A stretch of DNA of 47,339 nt from NCBI RefSeq assembly GCF_001194135.2, contig NC_068982.1:97650631-97697969 (forward strand). Direction: 5' to 3'. This document shows positions 1 through 12,035 of this stretch, in pieces. A program made the position numbers and the translations under genes. The DNA comes from Octopus bimaculoides (taxonomy: Eukaryota). The notes beneath the pieces were generated by a model, which ran no database searches, was not told the origin of the DNA, and saw only the letters and a program-made list of their open reading frames with translations. How positions within the stretch are numbered: the stretch's first letter is position 1; each line of letters begins with the position of its first letter.

Positions 1-34
<34 letters not shown>

Positions 35-98
35 GTCACACAAGAGCACACACACACATATACATACATACATACATACATACATACATACATACACA
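1..98. repeat. (TA)n / (CA)n / (CATA)n compound microsatellite
   Basis: Read directly from sequence. Confidence 0.95.
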
Positions 99-1110
99 CT
101 TACATGCGCGGACACAAATATGTAGTCCAGCTGCTTAAAAATGTCTAATTCTAGTTATACATAATATATTAATATCAAATATATATTATGCCAGAATACA
201 ATTATTTTTCTGAAACTGATTAAATACGAACAGATACTACAATAACCATCGTCAGCAGAAATGAAATAAATGAAATATGAATTTACTGAGATGATATGCA
301 CTCACGACAACAAAGTCATAAATCACAAGCGGTAAAATTTTGATGAGACTACGGAATGCAGACTCCCTGTATTTATGTGCTGAATGTCTTTTGAATAGAG
401 TGTCATCAAATAAGCTTCAGCTTATTTTGTTAACTCAGTTGAGAAATATATTAACGCATTCCGGTTTTGAGAACTGTCAATATATTTTGAGAAATATATG
501 AGGGATACAACATATTGTAGGGATCCACTGGAGCGCTACATAAGCGGTGTTCAAAGAAATATAATCTAATATAATGTGCAGAAACTGTCCCTATTATATA
601 GGGACACAACTGTATTTCAGAAAACCGGAAGCATTCATAGAAACGCAATCAGAACCGTACTCCGTCGCAAGTTAAGTAAAAAAAACATTCGACTTTACCT
701 AGATTATATATACTCGTAACTACAAAAGCATAAACCACAATCTTTCTCATTATGTTTCTACAAATGCAACCAGTTTCCATAAACACAATATTCTCCCGTA
801 TTATATATATGTATATGCTTTGAAATTGTTTGTCTAAACAATTAACGTGCATGATATTTTGAATGTATGATCTGGCGTCGTTTTGGCGTTGTTTCGAAAC
901 TGTTCGGTATGAGCATGTGAGTGTGTGCAAACTCGTATGTGTGCACTCTCATATGTGTGCACGCACTTATGTGTTCGTGCTTATATGTAAGTATGTGCGT
1001 CCATATGTGTGTTTGTAACAATTTCGTTTATATCAGATCAGATAGAGACTTTTTAATTTATTTATTTACGTTCATATTCCGCATCATATGTGTGAACTAC
1101 ACATGCAACC

Positions 1111-1470
1111 ATGGGCAATTGTAAGGCCCTCATCTACGTGTATTTGGTGTTCAAAATTGGTTGCGTTTCAGTTATGAGGACCGACTCCTGGATTTGTCGC
1201 AACGATGCGTCACCGGGGTGTCTAGACAGGATTTCTATGCTAATTCTGTCCAGTACACCACTATGTTGTTCTTTGGCATGCTGGTAGAGCACCGAGGTTT
1301 GTTTTTGATTATTATAGTCCCTCCAATGTTCGTTTACACGCTCAGCCAAACTTCTTGCCGTTTCACCTATGTATGTAATATTAGTAATTAGAATTTTTAT
1401 ACTTTCCATCGCACCAAAGACGATTTTGATTGTTGCTCTATGAATGCAACAAGTTCCCGGAAAGACAATC
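1111..1470 (-). mobile_element. Penelope-like element remnant: C-terminal GIY-YIG endonuclease
   Basis: ORF 1134-1409 reads YIGETARSLAERVNEH...SVLYQHAKEQH...IEILSRH...RQIQESVLI...PILN. This is the YIGET-R-L-R-EH / LxQH / E-I-LN pattern of PLE GIY-YIG domains. A frameshifted DEGLTIAH follows, resembling the usual NRDxG terminus. No RT is visible upstream. Confidence 0.85.
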
Positions 1471-2103
1471 GTGTCTTAATCTAATAAAGATGTGTGTGCA
1501 TGTGTGAATTGTTTTTGCTTTTAATAACATTTGTCTATATTTTCTATTGAATTATATCGTTCTAAGCTTAGCTTATGAAGCACTCTGGAGGATTCTTAGA
1601 TTAAGAAGAATTCCAGGTGCATTCTGACGCGTGCACTTATTATAAAAAATGTCACTGAGAGTTAAGTAGGAAGAAGAATTGGAAAACATTAATTGTATTT
1701 TACTAATGTGAAGAAAGCTTACTTGCATAATACTATCGTGAGAAAAGGTTCTCCCGATTTACGCTGTCTCGTGCATAACTACTGTTTAATAGAAAGAGAC
1801 TGTCGGGTTCGCAAATATTCAAATTTGGCTATCCACAATGGTGCAAGCTTAATTTATGACTTCTTTATAAGTAGATAATCTACGCCATTGATTGGGAGGG
1901 AAAGTCGGGTAAGTCTTCTCTAAAGAGTAGTCAACAAGCCATGGAATGGTCCGTTAGGAGACTCCCTCTTTTTCAGTATATCAACTGTAAAGAAACAATA
2001 TGTATATATTATTAGAGAAATTTTATGAGGTTTTATAATACTTAAATTTAGTTGGGTTTTTCTGATTATCGCAGTGTTGTGCGCATATACATACATGCAT
2101 ACA

Positions 2104-2135
<32 letters not shown>

Positions 2136-2629
2136 ATCACACACATATACTACGAGTAAGAAAACAAAGAATGAAAGTAGCACAAATTTATTACAAGCAA
2201 CGGTTGTTTCTGTATCATTCCATTTCTAATGTCACTGCATGTAAAGGAATCCATATGAAATGTTACGCAATATGTGTAGTCGATTACGTTGTGGAAACAC
2301 TTCATCAGACTGGCATCAAGTCGAGCGTTTTTCATTCCACACGGAACGATTTTCGTACAATGGTGTTACAAAAACAATTGTAACTCATAATAAAATTGTG
2401 TTTTGTAAAACTTACACACTTCTTTTTAACAATGACGTACTTGAATTTCTGCAATGTGGACTTTCAATTTAGCGAACAGTTCCAATGTAGGAGTATTGGT
2501 AGCCATCAGCTCTCGTTGAGTAAATACACCGATTTTCATTGTAAATACACTGATTTTCTACCATATCAGAACATACCCCGCAACATATATATATATATCT
2601 ATATACGCGAGCCTAATTTTATTCTTCCT

Positions 2630-2975
2630 TAGTCGAAAGACATCTGATGGTTTGTCCTGTTATTATTCCTAGTGTATTTGTACTACTGTATTTGTGTCAC
2701 ATTGTTCGTTTTATTCCGTCCTTGTTTTTGTATACCTTCGCTGCTTTCTTCTAAGGAATCTAATGCTCTTAGCTTAGTTTTTCCTTGGGGGATGTCCAGA
2801 TTGGAGCAATATCGAGAACAACCAGTCGAAATTGCAAAGATAATCTAGATCTTGACTGAAGAAGGAAAACTCCCAATGACCTGTCCGTGTTTTCTTTGTA
2901 TCGTCTATCTGAATGTTTTGTCTTTTTCTTGTATTACCTTATTGCCTTGATGTTTTGCGTTCTTGTCCCATTCTG
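2630..2975 (+). repeat. Probable interspersed non-coding repeat with a degenerate hammerhead-like core (pLTR-like)
   Basis: CTGAAGA-A-GGA(AAAC)TCC at 2856-2873 matches the hammerhead core plus stem II, but CAAT replaces GAAA. The pyrimidine-rich context resembles the other hammerhead-bearing repeats in this window. Confidence 0.4.
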
Positions 2976-3509
2976 TATTATATATATATATATATATATA
3001 TATNNNNNNNNNNNNNNNNNNNNNNNNNNNNNNNNNNNNNNNNNNNNNNNNNNNNNNNNNNNNNNNNNNNNNNNNNNNNNNNNNNNNNNNNNNNNNNNNN
3101 NNNNNNNNNNNNNNNNNNNNNNNNNNNNNNNNNNNNNNNNNNNNNNNNNNNNNNNNNNNNNNNNNNNNNNNNNNNNNNNNNNNNNNNNNNNNNNNNNNNN
3201 NNNNNNNNNNNNNNNNNNNNNNNNNNNNNNNNNNNNNNNNNNNNNNNNNNNNNNNNNNNNNNNNNNNNNNNNNNNNNNNNNNNNNNNNNNNNNNNNNNNN
3301 NNNNNNNNNNNNNNNNNNNNNNNNNNNNNNNNNNNNNNNNNNNNNNNNNNNNNNNNNNNNNNNNNNNNNNNNNNNNNNNNNNNNNNNNNNNNNNNNNNNN
3401 NNNNNNNNNNNNNNNNNNNNNNNNNNNNNNNNNNNNNNNNNNNNNNNNNNNNNNNNNNNNNNNNNNNNNNNNNNNNNNNNNNNNNNNNNNNNNNNNNNNN
3501 NNNNNNNNA

Positions 3510-3545
<36 letters not shown>

Positions 3546-4196
3546 TGTATGTATACACACATATTTACATGTATATATGGTTGTATGTATGTATGGTTAC
3601 ATATATGTGTGTGCATACAGATTCGCACACACACTCACGCACACACACACAGACACACATGCGTATATACATGTGTGTGCGTACGTGTATGTGTGCGTGT
3701 GGTATGTGAGTGTGTGTGCACGTGTATATTCTTGCACTGTGCAAGCATATATACACACACAAAGAAACGCACACATATTCATAAATATGAGTCATTTCAT
3801 TTGATGATTTTGCTGTGATATATCAAGGGAGGAGAGGAAAAATCAATATCCAAATAAAGAATTCAGCAGACTAAACTATTACATATATGTATGTACGTGT
3901 GTGTGTGGTGTAGTGGGGTGTTTTGTATATATACATGCATACATATATGCATATATATATATATATATATANNNNNNNNNNNNNNNNNNNNNNNNNNNNN
4001 NNNNNNNNNNNNNNNNNNNNNNNNNNNNNNNNNNNNNNNNNNNNNNNNNNNNNNNNNNNNNNNNNNNNNNNNNNNNNNATACACACACACATATGTATGT
4101 ATGTATTTATGTCTGTATGTATACGTATGCACACACAGACTATAAAAACGAAAAACAGATTGAATGCGAAGGAATTCAATTATTGAATTATGAGGA

Positions 4197-4198
<2 letters not shown>

Positions 4199-4244
<46 letters not shown>

Positions 4245-4590
4245 TACAACTGCAACAACAACTATATAGAAAAGAAAAAGGACGAGGGTTGAAAAAAGAA
4301 AGAGGAGGAGGAGAACGAGGAAGAAGGAGGAGGAGGAGAACGAGGAAGAGGAGAAGGAGGAGGCAAAGAAGAAGAAGAAGAAGAAGTCGTGGTGGTAGTG
4401 ACAAAGGAGGAGAAGAAAGTATGAAGGAATAGAAACAAACTCAGCAACAGGAAATATTACGGTTTTGGAGTAGAAAGATAAAATAGGTGGAGCTGACAGG
4501 AGACAGGATGGGTGAGAGAGAGAGAGTGTGTGGGAGCGAGAGAGAGGGGTGAGAAAGAGAGAGTGAGAGGGAGAGAGATAGAGAGGTACA
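4199..4590. repeat. (AAT)n, (GAG/GAA)n and (GA)n simple-repeat cluster
   Basis: Read directly from sequence. Confidence 0.9.
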
Positions 4591-5288
4591 TTGTTAGATA
4601 TATATAGGCTGGAGAAGGAAGTAGAAAGACGTGGATGTATTTTGATTACTGTGTTGTTTATTTTTATAAATAGCCAGTAAATATAATGACGCAAATAGAA
4701 TGGCATTTATCGTTAATTAAGAAATTAATGTTGAGAATTTTTTTTTGTTAAAGAAACTAGTGAATTGCAAAGTTAAACATGTTGGCACACATTCATAACT
4801 GGTTATTCTTTGGATGTGGCATGCCCTTTAAAACAGACGGTTCTTTGAGTTAAACTGTTCTTTCTTCTTCGACTCCATGATTATATAGGTAAGCATAACT
4901 ATAGTTTCACACAGAAATAAAATGCACATTCTATAAATCTTTTGTCTATTTGAAATATTTGTTCATTCACAAGTGCATTTTTGCAATTATTCCCACATCA
5001 TCATTGATTGCATTGATACTCAACTGTAAAACCAAAAACAAAACTTGACTTCAAAAATTCTTCACAGCAATAATTCCTGCCTTCCATACACACTAGATGT
5101 GTGTATGGCACTTCGTCATTTTGATATGTTTATTTATCTTTTGTTTTCCTTTTTTCTCCCTTCAGTTACAGACTTCCTGTTTCTTATTACCAGAATGTAA
5201 ATATATAATTCACTGCTTTTCACAGAAATGGAATAGTAAGTAGAACAAAGGCATTATTATATTTTTATATTCTTTCAAAAATTTTAAC

Positions 5289-5289
<1 letters not shown>

Positions 5290-5346
<57 letters not shown>
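5290..5346. repeat. (CTAT)n tetranucleotide microsatellite
   Basis: Read directly from sequence. Confidence 0.95.
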
Positions 5347-5347
<1 letters not shown>

Positions 5348-6134
5348 AAAACACAGTAACACACATCCGCACAAACACATTCACTCTCACACACGTACAA
5401 ACACACAGATACATATATACAAATAACACAAACACGCACATACCGCTCTCACACACACACACATACATGTACATATAAACTTTGTAGAGACCGAAGTATA
5501 ATTTTCATGTCTCTCTCTCATCTGAAATATTTTTCTCTCTCTGCCTCCCTCTTTCACTCGCTAAGTTCCAGTTTTCGTTCATTCATATAAATACACACAC
5601 ACACAAACACACACACATATTTTCAGTAGATGTAGGGGAGAAGTTAAGGTCACCATTGTCTTGTTGCAGATTATTTTTCAACTAAATTCAACTCAAATTT
5701 CCATTTCAACTTAAACATCCTTCTCCTGAAAGCCATGAAATTCGGGAAGACATTTTCGACGCTAGAATCATATCAAATGTGGAAATGTAGCTCTTTTCTC
5801 ACCAGTTGTTCTGGGTCAAAAACGAGAACGTCTCACTATTAGACACTTCAATAATTTGATTCAACGGTGCTGAAGTTAACGAACTTGAGGTATTTATTTC
5901 TATCTAAGATATCCTCAAGAAACGAACCAACTGTCGATTGTACAGAGATGAGAGTTTTAATTATGGCTAACTTGTGGTTAAATTTATAAAATAATAGCCT
6001 ATTGAAAGAATAAAATTTAAAGAAGAGACATTAATACCAATCAATTACTTCTTTTTATCCAGATACTACATTAGATCTGATTTCATGTAAACCCTACTAT
6101 CATAGCAATCCAAAATGAGAGAGTATATGTATAA

Positions 6135-6361
6135 TATTCTATTATTTTTGTTACTTGTTTCAGTATTTGACTGTAGCCGTGCTGGAGCACCGCCTTTAAT
6201 CGAACAAATCAACCCCAGGACTTATTCATTGTAAACCTATTACTTATTCTATCGGACTCTTTTGCCGAACCGCTAGGTTAGGGGATGTAAATACACCAAC
6301 ATCGGTTGTCAAATGATGGTGGGGACAAACACAGACACACAAATACGTATATAATACATAC

Positions 6362-6396
<35 letters not shown>

Positions 6397-6711
6397 NNNN
6401 NNNNNNNNNNNNNNNNNNNNNNNNNNNNNNNNNNNNNNNNNNNNNNNNNNNNNNNNNNNNNNNNNNNNNNNNNNNNNNNNNNNNNNNNNNNNNNNNNNNN
6501 NNNNNNNNNNNNNNNNNNNNNNNNNNNNNNNNNNNNNNNNNNNNNNNNNNNNNNNNNNNNNNNNNNNNNNNNNNNNNNNNNNNNNNNNNNNNNNNNNNNN
6601 NNNNNNNNNNNNNNNNNNNNNNNNNNNNNNNNNNNNNNNNNNNNNNNNNNNNNNNNNNNNNNNNNNNNNNNNNNNNNNNNNNNNNNNNNNNNNNNNGCCA
6701 CGCAGCCACTC
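6135..6711 (-). mobile_element. SINE family A, near full length, interrupted by assembly gap 6397-6696
   Basis: The 3' module at 6135-6340 is the reverse complement of the 9560-9730 module. After the gap, gccacgcagccactc is the reverse complement of the A-box head seen at 9349-9363. Confidence 0.85.
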
Positions 6712-6744
6712 ATATATATATATATATATATATACATACACACA

Positions 6745-7076
6745 TAGGTAGGAGTACTCCGTCGGTTACGACGACGAGGGTCCCAGCTGATACGATCAAC
6801 GGAACAGCTTGCTCGTGAAGTTAACGTGCAAGTGGCTGAGTACTCCACAGACACGTGTACTCTTAACGTAGTTCTCAGGGAAATTCAGCGTGACACAGAG
6901 TGCGAGAAGGTTGGCCCTTTGAAATACAGGTACTACACATTTTTGCCAGCTGAGTGAACTGGAGCAACGTGAAATAAAAGGTCTTGCTCAATGATACAAG
7001 GCGGCGCGGGGAATTGAACTTGCGGCTTTACAATCGTGAGCCGAATGCCCTAATCAGTAAACCACGCGCCTTCACA
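6745..7076 (-). mobile_element. tRNA-derived SINE family B
   Basis: The minus strand starts gtgaaggcgcgtggtttactgattagg (A-box-like) and has agttcaattcc (B-box). It continues with ttgagcaagacc...gttgctccag, similar to the conserved post-tRNA segment of CORE/V/Meta-type SINEs. Confidence 0.75.
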
Positions 7077-7879
7077 CACACACACATGCATACATTTATG
7101 TGTTTAAGTTTGAGTGAGTGAATGCGTGTATATGTGTTTGTATGTGTGTGCGNNNNNNNNNNTTAACTTGACATTCCATTTTAATGATCTGAAAATAAAC
7201 AAAAATTAACTACAATTAACTAGAAAAAAAAAAAGATTCCAAAATGATCCAAAAATAGAATTCTCGAAAAAAAAATAGATTCCAAAATTTAAAACCGCAA
7301 TAAATTCCCAAATTTAAAAAAACGGCGGGAACTTAGTTACCAACCCAATTCAATATAACTAAGTACAGCGAGCAAAATTTCCCAGCTACACAGGAATATC
7401 ATAACCTAAAGCATACATCTTCCAATAAAAGAATCATGTAAAAAATCCGCATAAATAATTTTGGTTCTCTTGAAGTGGAATTGGAGGTGCATTTTCGATG
7501 TAGAACCGTATTCTTAATGGAATACAAGTTATTCTACCAAACGTTTTTCGAGTCCTCATGGTTAACTTCTCCCCAGATGTTTCGAATCTCAAGTTAATTC
7601 TAGTCGAAGCCATTCTGGTACTTCAGCTTTAATAGCAATATTGAACTGCTGGAGTTTACTACACAGGATTTACAGGCAATACTTTTGAGTGCAGATACAA
7701 CTCACATGTTATTTTATTTAATTTCTGAGATAAAATTTATTCCACATCTTACAATGTCTGAAAACCAAGGAAGAATGGGATCGAAAACAAGCCTAAATCG
7801 GAGCATTGTGGTTCTCGAATCTCCTGCATGAAGAGAACAAAAATATGTACCTTATGACTTTCATATTCCAACACAACCA

Positions 7880-8150
7880 CTCCGATTTTTGTCATCACTA
7901 GTTAAAATTCGTGTTAAAATCTATCCAGATCTAGATAGTCTAGCACCCGATTTTGCTACAGTACTCCTCCCCACTCTCCTTTCTCTTCTATCACTAACTT
8001 TTTATGGTTATAATTATGCACACTTCACGCTATTGACCATTGAAAATCGATATAATCCGTGACTCTTTTTGGCTCATAGTTTTTCTCACGCATAATTTGT
8101 TTCAAAGTTCGCACATAGAGAAAAGTAGCGATAAAATGGATACAATATTG
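7880..8150 (-). mobile_element. Possible highly decayed LINE apurinic endonuclease fragment
   Basis: With frameshifts, the minus strand gives YVRTLK...KESR (cf. NVRSL...TESW) and DRRERR-GGGVL (cf. DR..R.GGGV). Degenerate; identified by motif memory only. Confidence 0.25.
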
Positions 8151-8789
8151 GCATGTATCAAGTACTCTTTCTCTCGTTTATACCTTTAAGCACACATGTG
8201 TGCATGCATGCATATATACACGTACAACATCTTTGACAGATTTTATATGGTGACTGAAAGAGGGTAAACCGAAGTACAACGTTAACCGGTCCATAGTTAG
8301 ACATGCAAAACCATACAATATAATTTCAAGGAGATGCCATCTCTTCTCCGGGGAATCCCTGGCTATTCTGTGGACTAACGAGAAAATAATCAATAGAAAT
8401 TCTGAATGACTATCGAGATGCCTACACGCATATAAATGTACTTTTGCACAATGCACTGAGAATGAATTTTGAGTTACCGTTAACTTAATTTAAGGTATGG
8501 ATGACTTTACTTTTAACTTCCCCATTCTTATAAACACCAAGTAACTAACTCGCTTTGTGATCCTGAGTGCACCAAACCTTCTGTGTGCGTATGCTCACAT
8601 TTTTGCTGATGCTTGTATGAGCGTGTGTACTCGTGCCACGCAGCTTGCACGAGGGCGTTTATACATCCATATCTGTTAACGGTTATTTTCAATACTTTTC
8701 TCGCTGGATTACGTGTTCGTTTCTCTTTTTGTTATCTGCAATTTTATTTTTGATCTTCTATATATATGAAGATTTTCCCTCCGTTTTGG

Positions 8790-9010
8790 GATCGCCACTA
8801 TTTTATTATCTGCCCTTCTTCCTAGCTCTCCTGTCTGACCACCTCTGTCCAGCTATCGTCAGGATTGACCGCTAGCCACTAAAGCTATTTTTTATTCTCT
8901 CTGTTTATTTTCTCGTGTTCCTTTCTGTTGAAGAGCGTAGGCTCGAAACGTAAAAGACATTCTCACCTTCCCGCGCGTTAAACTAATACAACTGCTTGTT
9001 ATTTACACAT
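8790..9010 (+). mobile_element. Non-coding PLE pLTR-like repeat carrying a hammerhead motif
   Basis: Contains the hammerhead at 8921-8956. The downstream ttcccgcgcgttaaactaataca recurs at 45428-45450 and, diverged, on the minus strand near 37765-37785. Confidence 0.55.
8921..8956 (+). ncRNA. Minimal type I hammerhead ribozyme motif, core variant (A6 to U)
   Basis: Stem I CTTT/AAAG; core CTGTTGA plus an extra A; stem II GAGC-(GTAG)-GCTC; GAAA-CG-T-A with palindromic ACGT in place of stem III. The core differs from CUGANGA at position 6. Confidence 0.55.
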
Positions 9011-9039
9011 CTGTCTTCATATATGTATATATATATATA

Positions 9040-9076
<37 letters not shown>

Positions 9077-9078
9077 TT

Positions 9079-9265
9079 CATCTTTTATTATTTATTCGTT
9101 TCACTCATTGAACTGCGGCCATGCTGCCACCACCCCGCCTTGAAGAGTTTAGTGAAACCAACCGACCCCGATGTTTATTATTAATTCTGGTATTCTGTCG
9201 GTCTCTTTTTGCCGAACTGCAAAGATACGCGGACATAAAGCAGTGATGAGGAACACACAAACACC
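9079..9265 (-). mobile_element. SINE family A, 3' module, diverged
   Basis: actgcggccatgctg...ccgcctt...tctgtcggtctctttttgccgaactgc is the reverse complement of the family A 3' module. Confidence 0.8.
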
Positions 9266-9342
9266 GAAAACGTACACACGTGCATACATACAGTCGAACG
9301 CACACGCGCACACACATAAACACATACACACATGAATATATA

Positions 9343-9732
9343 GGCGCAGGAGTGGCTATGTGGTAAGAAGCTTGCTTACCAACCACATGGTTTCGGGTTC
9401 AGTCCCACTGCGTGGTACCTTGGGCAAGTGTCTTCCACTATAGCCTCGGGCCGACCAAAGCCTTGTGAGTGGATTTGGTAGACGGAAACTGAATGAAGCC
9501 CGTCGTATATATGTATATATATGTATGTCTGTGTGTATGTTTGTGTGTCTGTGTTGTCCCCCGACATCGGCTTGACAACCGATGCTGGTGTGTTTACGTC
9601 CCCGTAACTTAACGGTTCGGGAAAAGAGACCGATAGAATACGTACTAGGCTTACAAAGAATAAGTCTAGGGGTCGATTTGCTCGACTAAAGGCGGTGCTC
9701 CAGCATGGCCACTGTCAAATGACTGAAGTATG
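9343..9732 (+). mobile_element. SINE family A, full length (tRNA head, CORE-like segment, internal microsatellite, 3' module)
   Basis: A-box TGGCTATGTGG, B-box GGTTCAGTCCC, then accttgggcaagt as in MIR/CORE SINEs. An internal (TA/TG)n follows, then the 3' module ttgacaaccgatgctgg...ggcggtgctccagcatggcc seen in five other places in the window. Confidence 0.9.
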
Positions 9733-10210
9733 TGAAAGAGNNNNNNNNNNNNNNNNNNNNNNNNNNNNNNNNNNNNNNNNNNNNNNNNNNNNNNNNNNNN
9801 NNNNNNNNNNNNNNNNNNNNNNNNNNNNNNNNNNNNNNNNNNNNNNNNNNNNNNNNNNNNNNNNNNNNNNNNNNNNNNNNNNNNNNNNNNNNNNNNNNNN
9901 NNNNNNNNNNNNNNNNNNNNNNNNNNNNNNNNNNNNNNNNNNNNNNNNNNNNNNNNNNNNNNNNNNNNNNNNNNNNNNNNNNNNNNNNNNNNNNNNNNNN
10001 NNNNNNNATATATATATATATATATCATAAGGTTTTTAAACTTTTAAATTTTCATATTCAAAAGAGACAGAGACTTCAAATTCGATATATCGATTTATTC
10101 ACCACTCTATGTTAACATTTCTGTGCCAAACTTATCCAGTGACTGGTCCATTGGATTTAGATGTTTGGCACTTCTTTTCTTTCAGTTTCTATCTATCAAA
10201 TCCACTTTTA

Positions 10211-10300
10211 ATAAAAGATACTTGCCCAAGGTGCCTGGCAGTAGGACTGAACTCGGGACCATGTGGTTGGGAAGCAAATTTCTTACCATTCAGCCACGTC
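10211..10300 (-). mobile_element. SINE family A, tRNA head only
   Basis: Reverse complement gtggctgaatggtaagaaatttgcttcccaaccacatggtcccgagttcagtcctactgccaggcaccttgggcaagt matches 9350-9430. Confidence 0.85.
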
Positions 10301-11784
10301 TAAGTCTATATACGTGTGTGTATGCGCGCGCATGTGTATGTGTGCGTGTATGTGTGTGTGTGAGAGAGAGAGAGAGAGAAAGGGAGGGATAGGTTAGTTA
10401 GAAATATAGCATTAGTGAAAGCTTAAAAAATTGAATTGTTTTAATTGTATTTGTGTTGTGAAGTAGTAAGGAATCGTTCACAATATATGCGTATTTTCTG
10501 AAAAAGCAGTTGAAGGGGGTTTCCAGTAAGACATATTACTTCCTTTTTGTTTCCCATTCACCTGCAAATTTGATAAGTCTATGCTTTTGAAGACACCAAA
10601 TTTTGAGGCTGATATTAGGTTTGTTATTATTACATAACAGAGAATAGTTCTATGTGTTCAGACGTGGAAAGGTTTCTGATTATATTGTCAATGAAAGCAG
10701 TAACGTTTCTATGCGCAGCTGAGGTACGGTTGCACCAAAAACATTGACTCAACTGTGCTGAAGTTATATATATTTATCTGTTCATAATGAACAGGCCATC
10801 CATTTTCTAACCATTGCTTCGACAACCATTCAAATGGTGATGCACTGTTATCTATTAACTGAGTATGCGAACCATTTTACTTATATATTGTCATGATGCT
10901 TTTCTAGATCAACCGTCTGAATAATCGGAAGCGTGACTCTCAGTTTTGATTCAAGAAGCCTCAGTGTGAAATATAATATAATATAATATAATATAATAAA
11001 GTATAATATATGTGCATACATAACGCTTTAACATAAAGAGAAGCATAGCGAATAAATACACTTTCAAAAGGTATAAAAGCACATGTGAATGTATGAATCT
11101 GTGTATACGTATTTGAATATCTATACAAGCTCACACGTTCATTCATTACTTTCTTCTCTGTATGCGGAAACCTTATTTTATTAAATACAAGATCGAGTGG
11201 ATAATAATTTATGTAAACGAGATTAGTTCTGAAATTTCTACAATAAGAAATTTGGTACAATTATTTATTATATTTGAATTATACAGGAGAAACGTGAAAA
11301 AATTCTCATGTTAAATATTGAAGGAAACCAACAGACTTATCGGATTTTGCGATCAGAACCGGCGTTATGTGAAGAAGTGGAACACAATCAATAGGGATTT
11401 GAAAAGATGACACGAAGAAATAAAATGTAAATAGATTTGAAAATGTTTATTGTAAATTAGATCAGGTAAATATGTATTCTAAATAATTCCTCACCAGTCA
11501 TTTGGAAGAGTATATATACCTTCACAAATTCTACATCCCACAATTTTCTTCCGAATGCTTGCGATGTCTTGAATAATATTTTCAAGTTACTTTGATTTTA
11601 TGTGGATACTTACACAGACACACAGAGAAACAAACACATACACGCATGCGTGCTTGCACGTGCAGACACACATACGTACACATACGCACATACATGCATT
11701 CACACATACATGCATTCACACATACATGTATATGTCAGTGCTAATACACACACGCGCGCACATACACATACACGCACACATACA

Positions 11785-12035
11785 TTCTTTTATTCTTTTA
11801 CTTGTTTCAGTCATTTGACTGCGGCCATGCTGGAGTACTATCTTAAAGGTTTTCTTTTTAGCCGAAGAAGTCGACTCAGGACTTATTCTTTGTAAGCTTA
11901 GTACTTATTCTATTGGTCTCATTTGTTGAACTGCTAAGTTACGGGGATGTAAACACTCCAGCATCAGTTGTCAATCGATGGTGGGGGACAAAGACAGACA
12001 GACACACACGCACACACACACACGCACACACACAC
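11785..12035 (-). mobile_element. SINE family A, 3' module running into gap 12036-12766
   Basis: ttcttttacttgtttcagtcatttgactgcggccatgctggag...gttacggggatgtaaacac...gttgtcaa is the reverse complement of the family A 3' module. Confidence 0.88.

Noticed and set aside
1780-1990. Minus-strand WLVDYSLEKTYPTFPPNQW, faintly like a Mutator transposase C-terminus
   Set aside because: Single short motif between stops, with no flanking MULE motifs or TIRs.
4967-5023. Minus-strand polypyrimidine-AG followed by LSINAINDDVGIIAKMHL*
   Set aside because: Plausible acceptor, but short, with no recognisable protein and no partner exons. Cannot be supported without RNA data.
5140-5200. Plus-strand acceptor-like ttctcccttcag with a possible 31-nt micro-exon
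   Set aside because: Such signals are common by chance in AT-rich DNA.
9343-9420. tRNA-like A and B boxes here and at 7076, 10300, 14321, 24736 and 31640
   Set aside because: No cloverleaf or anticodon arm can be built. These are SINE heads, not tRNA genes.
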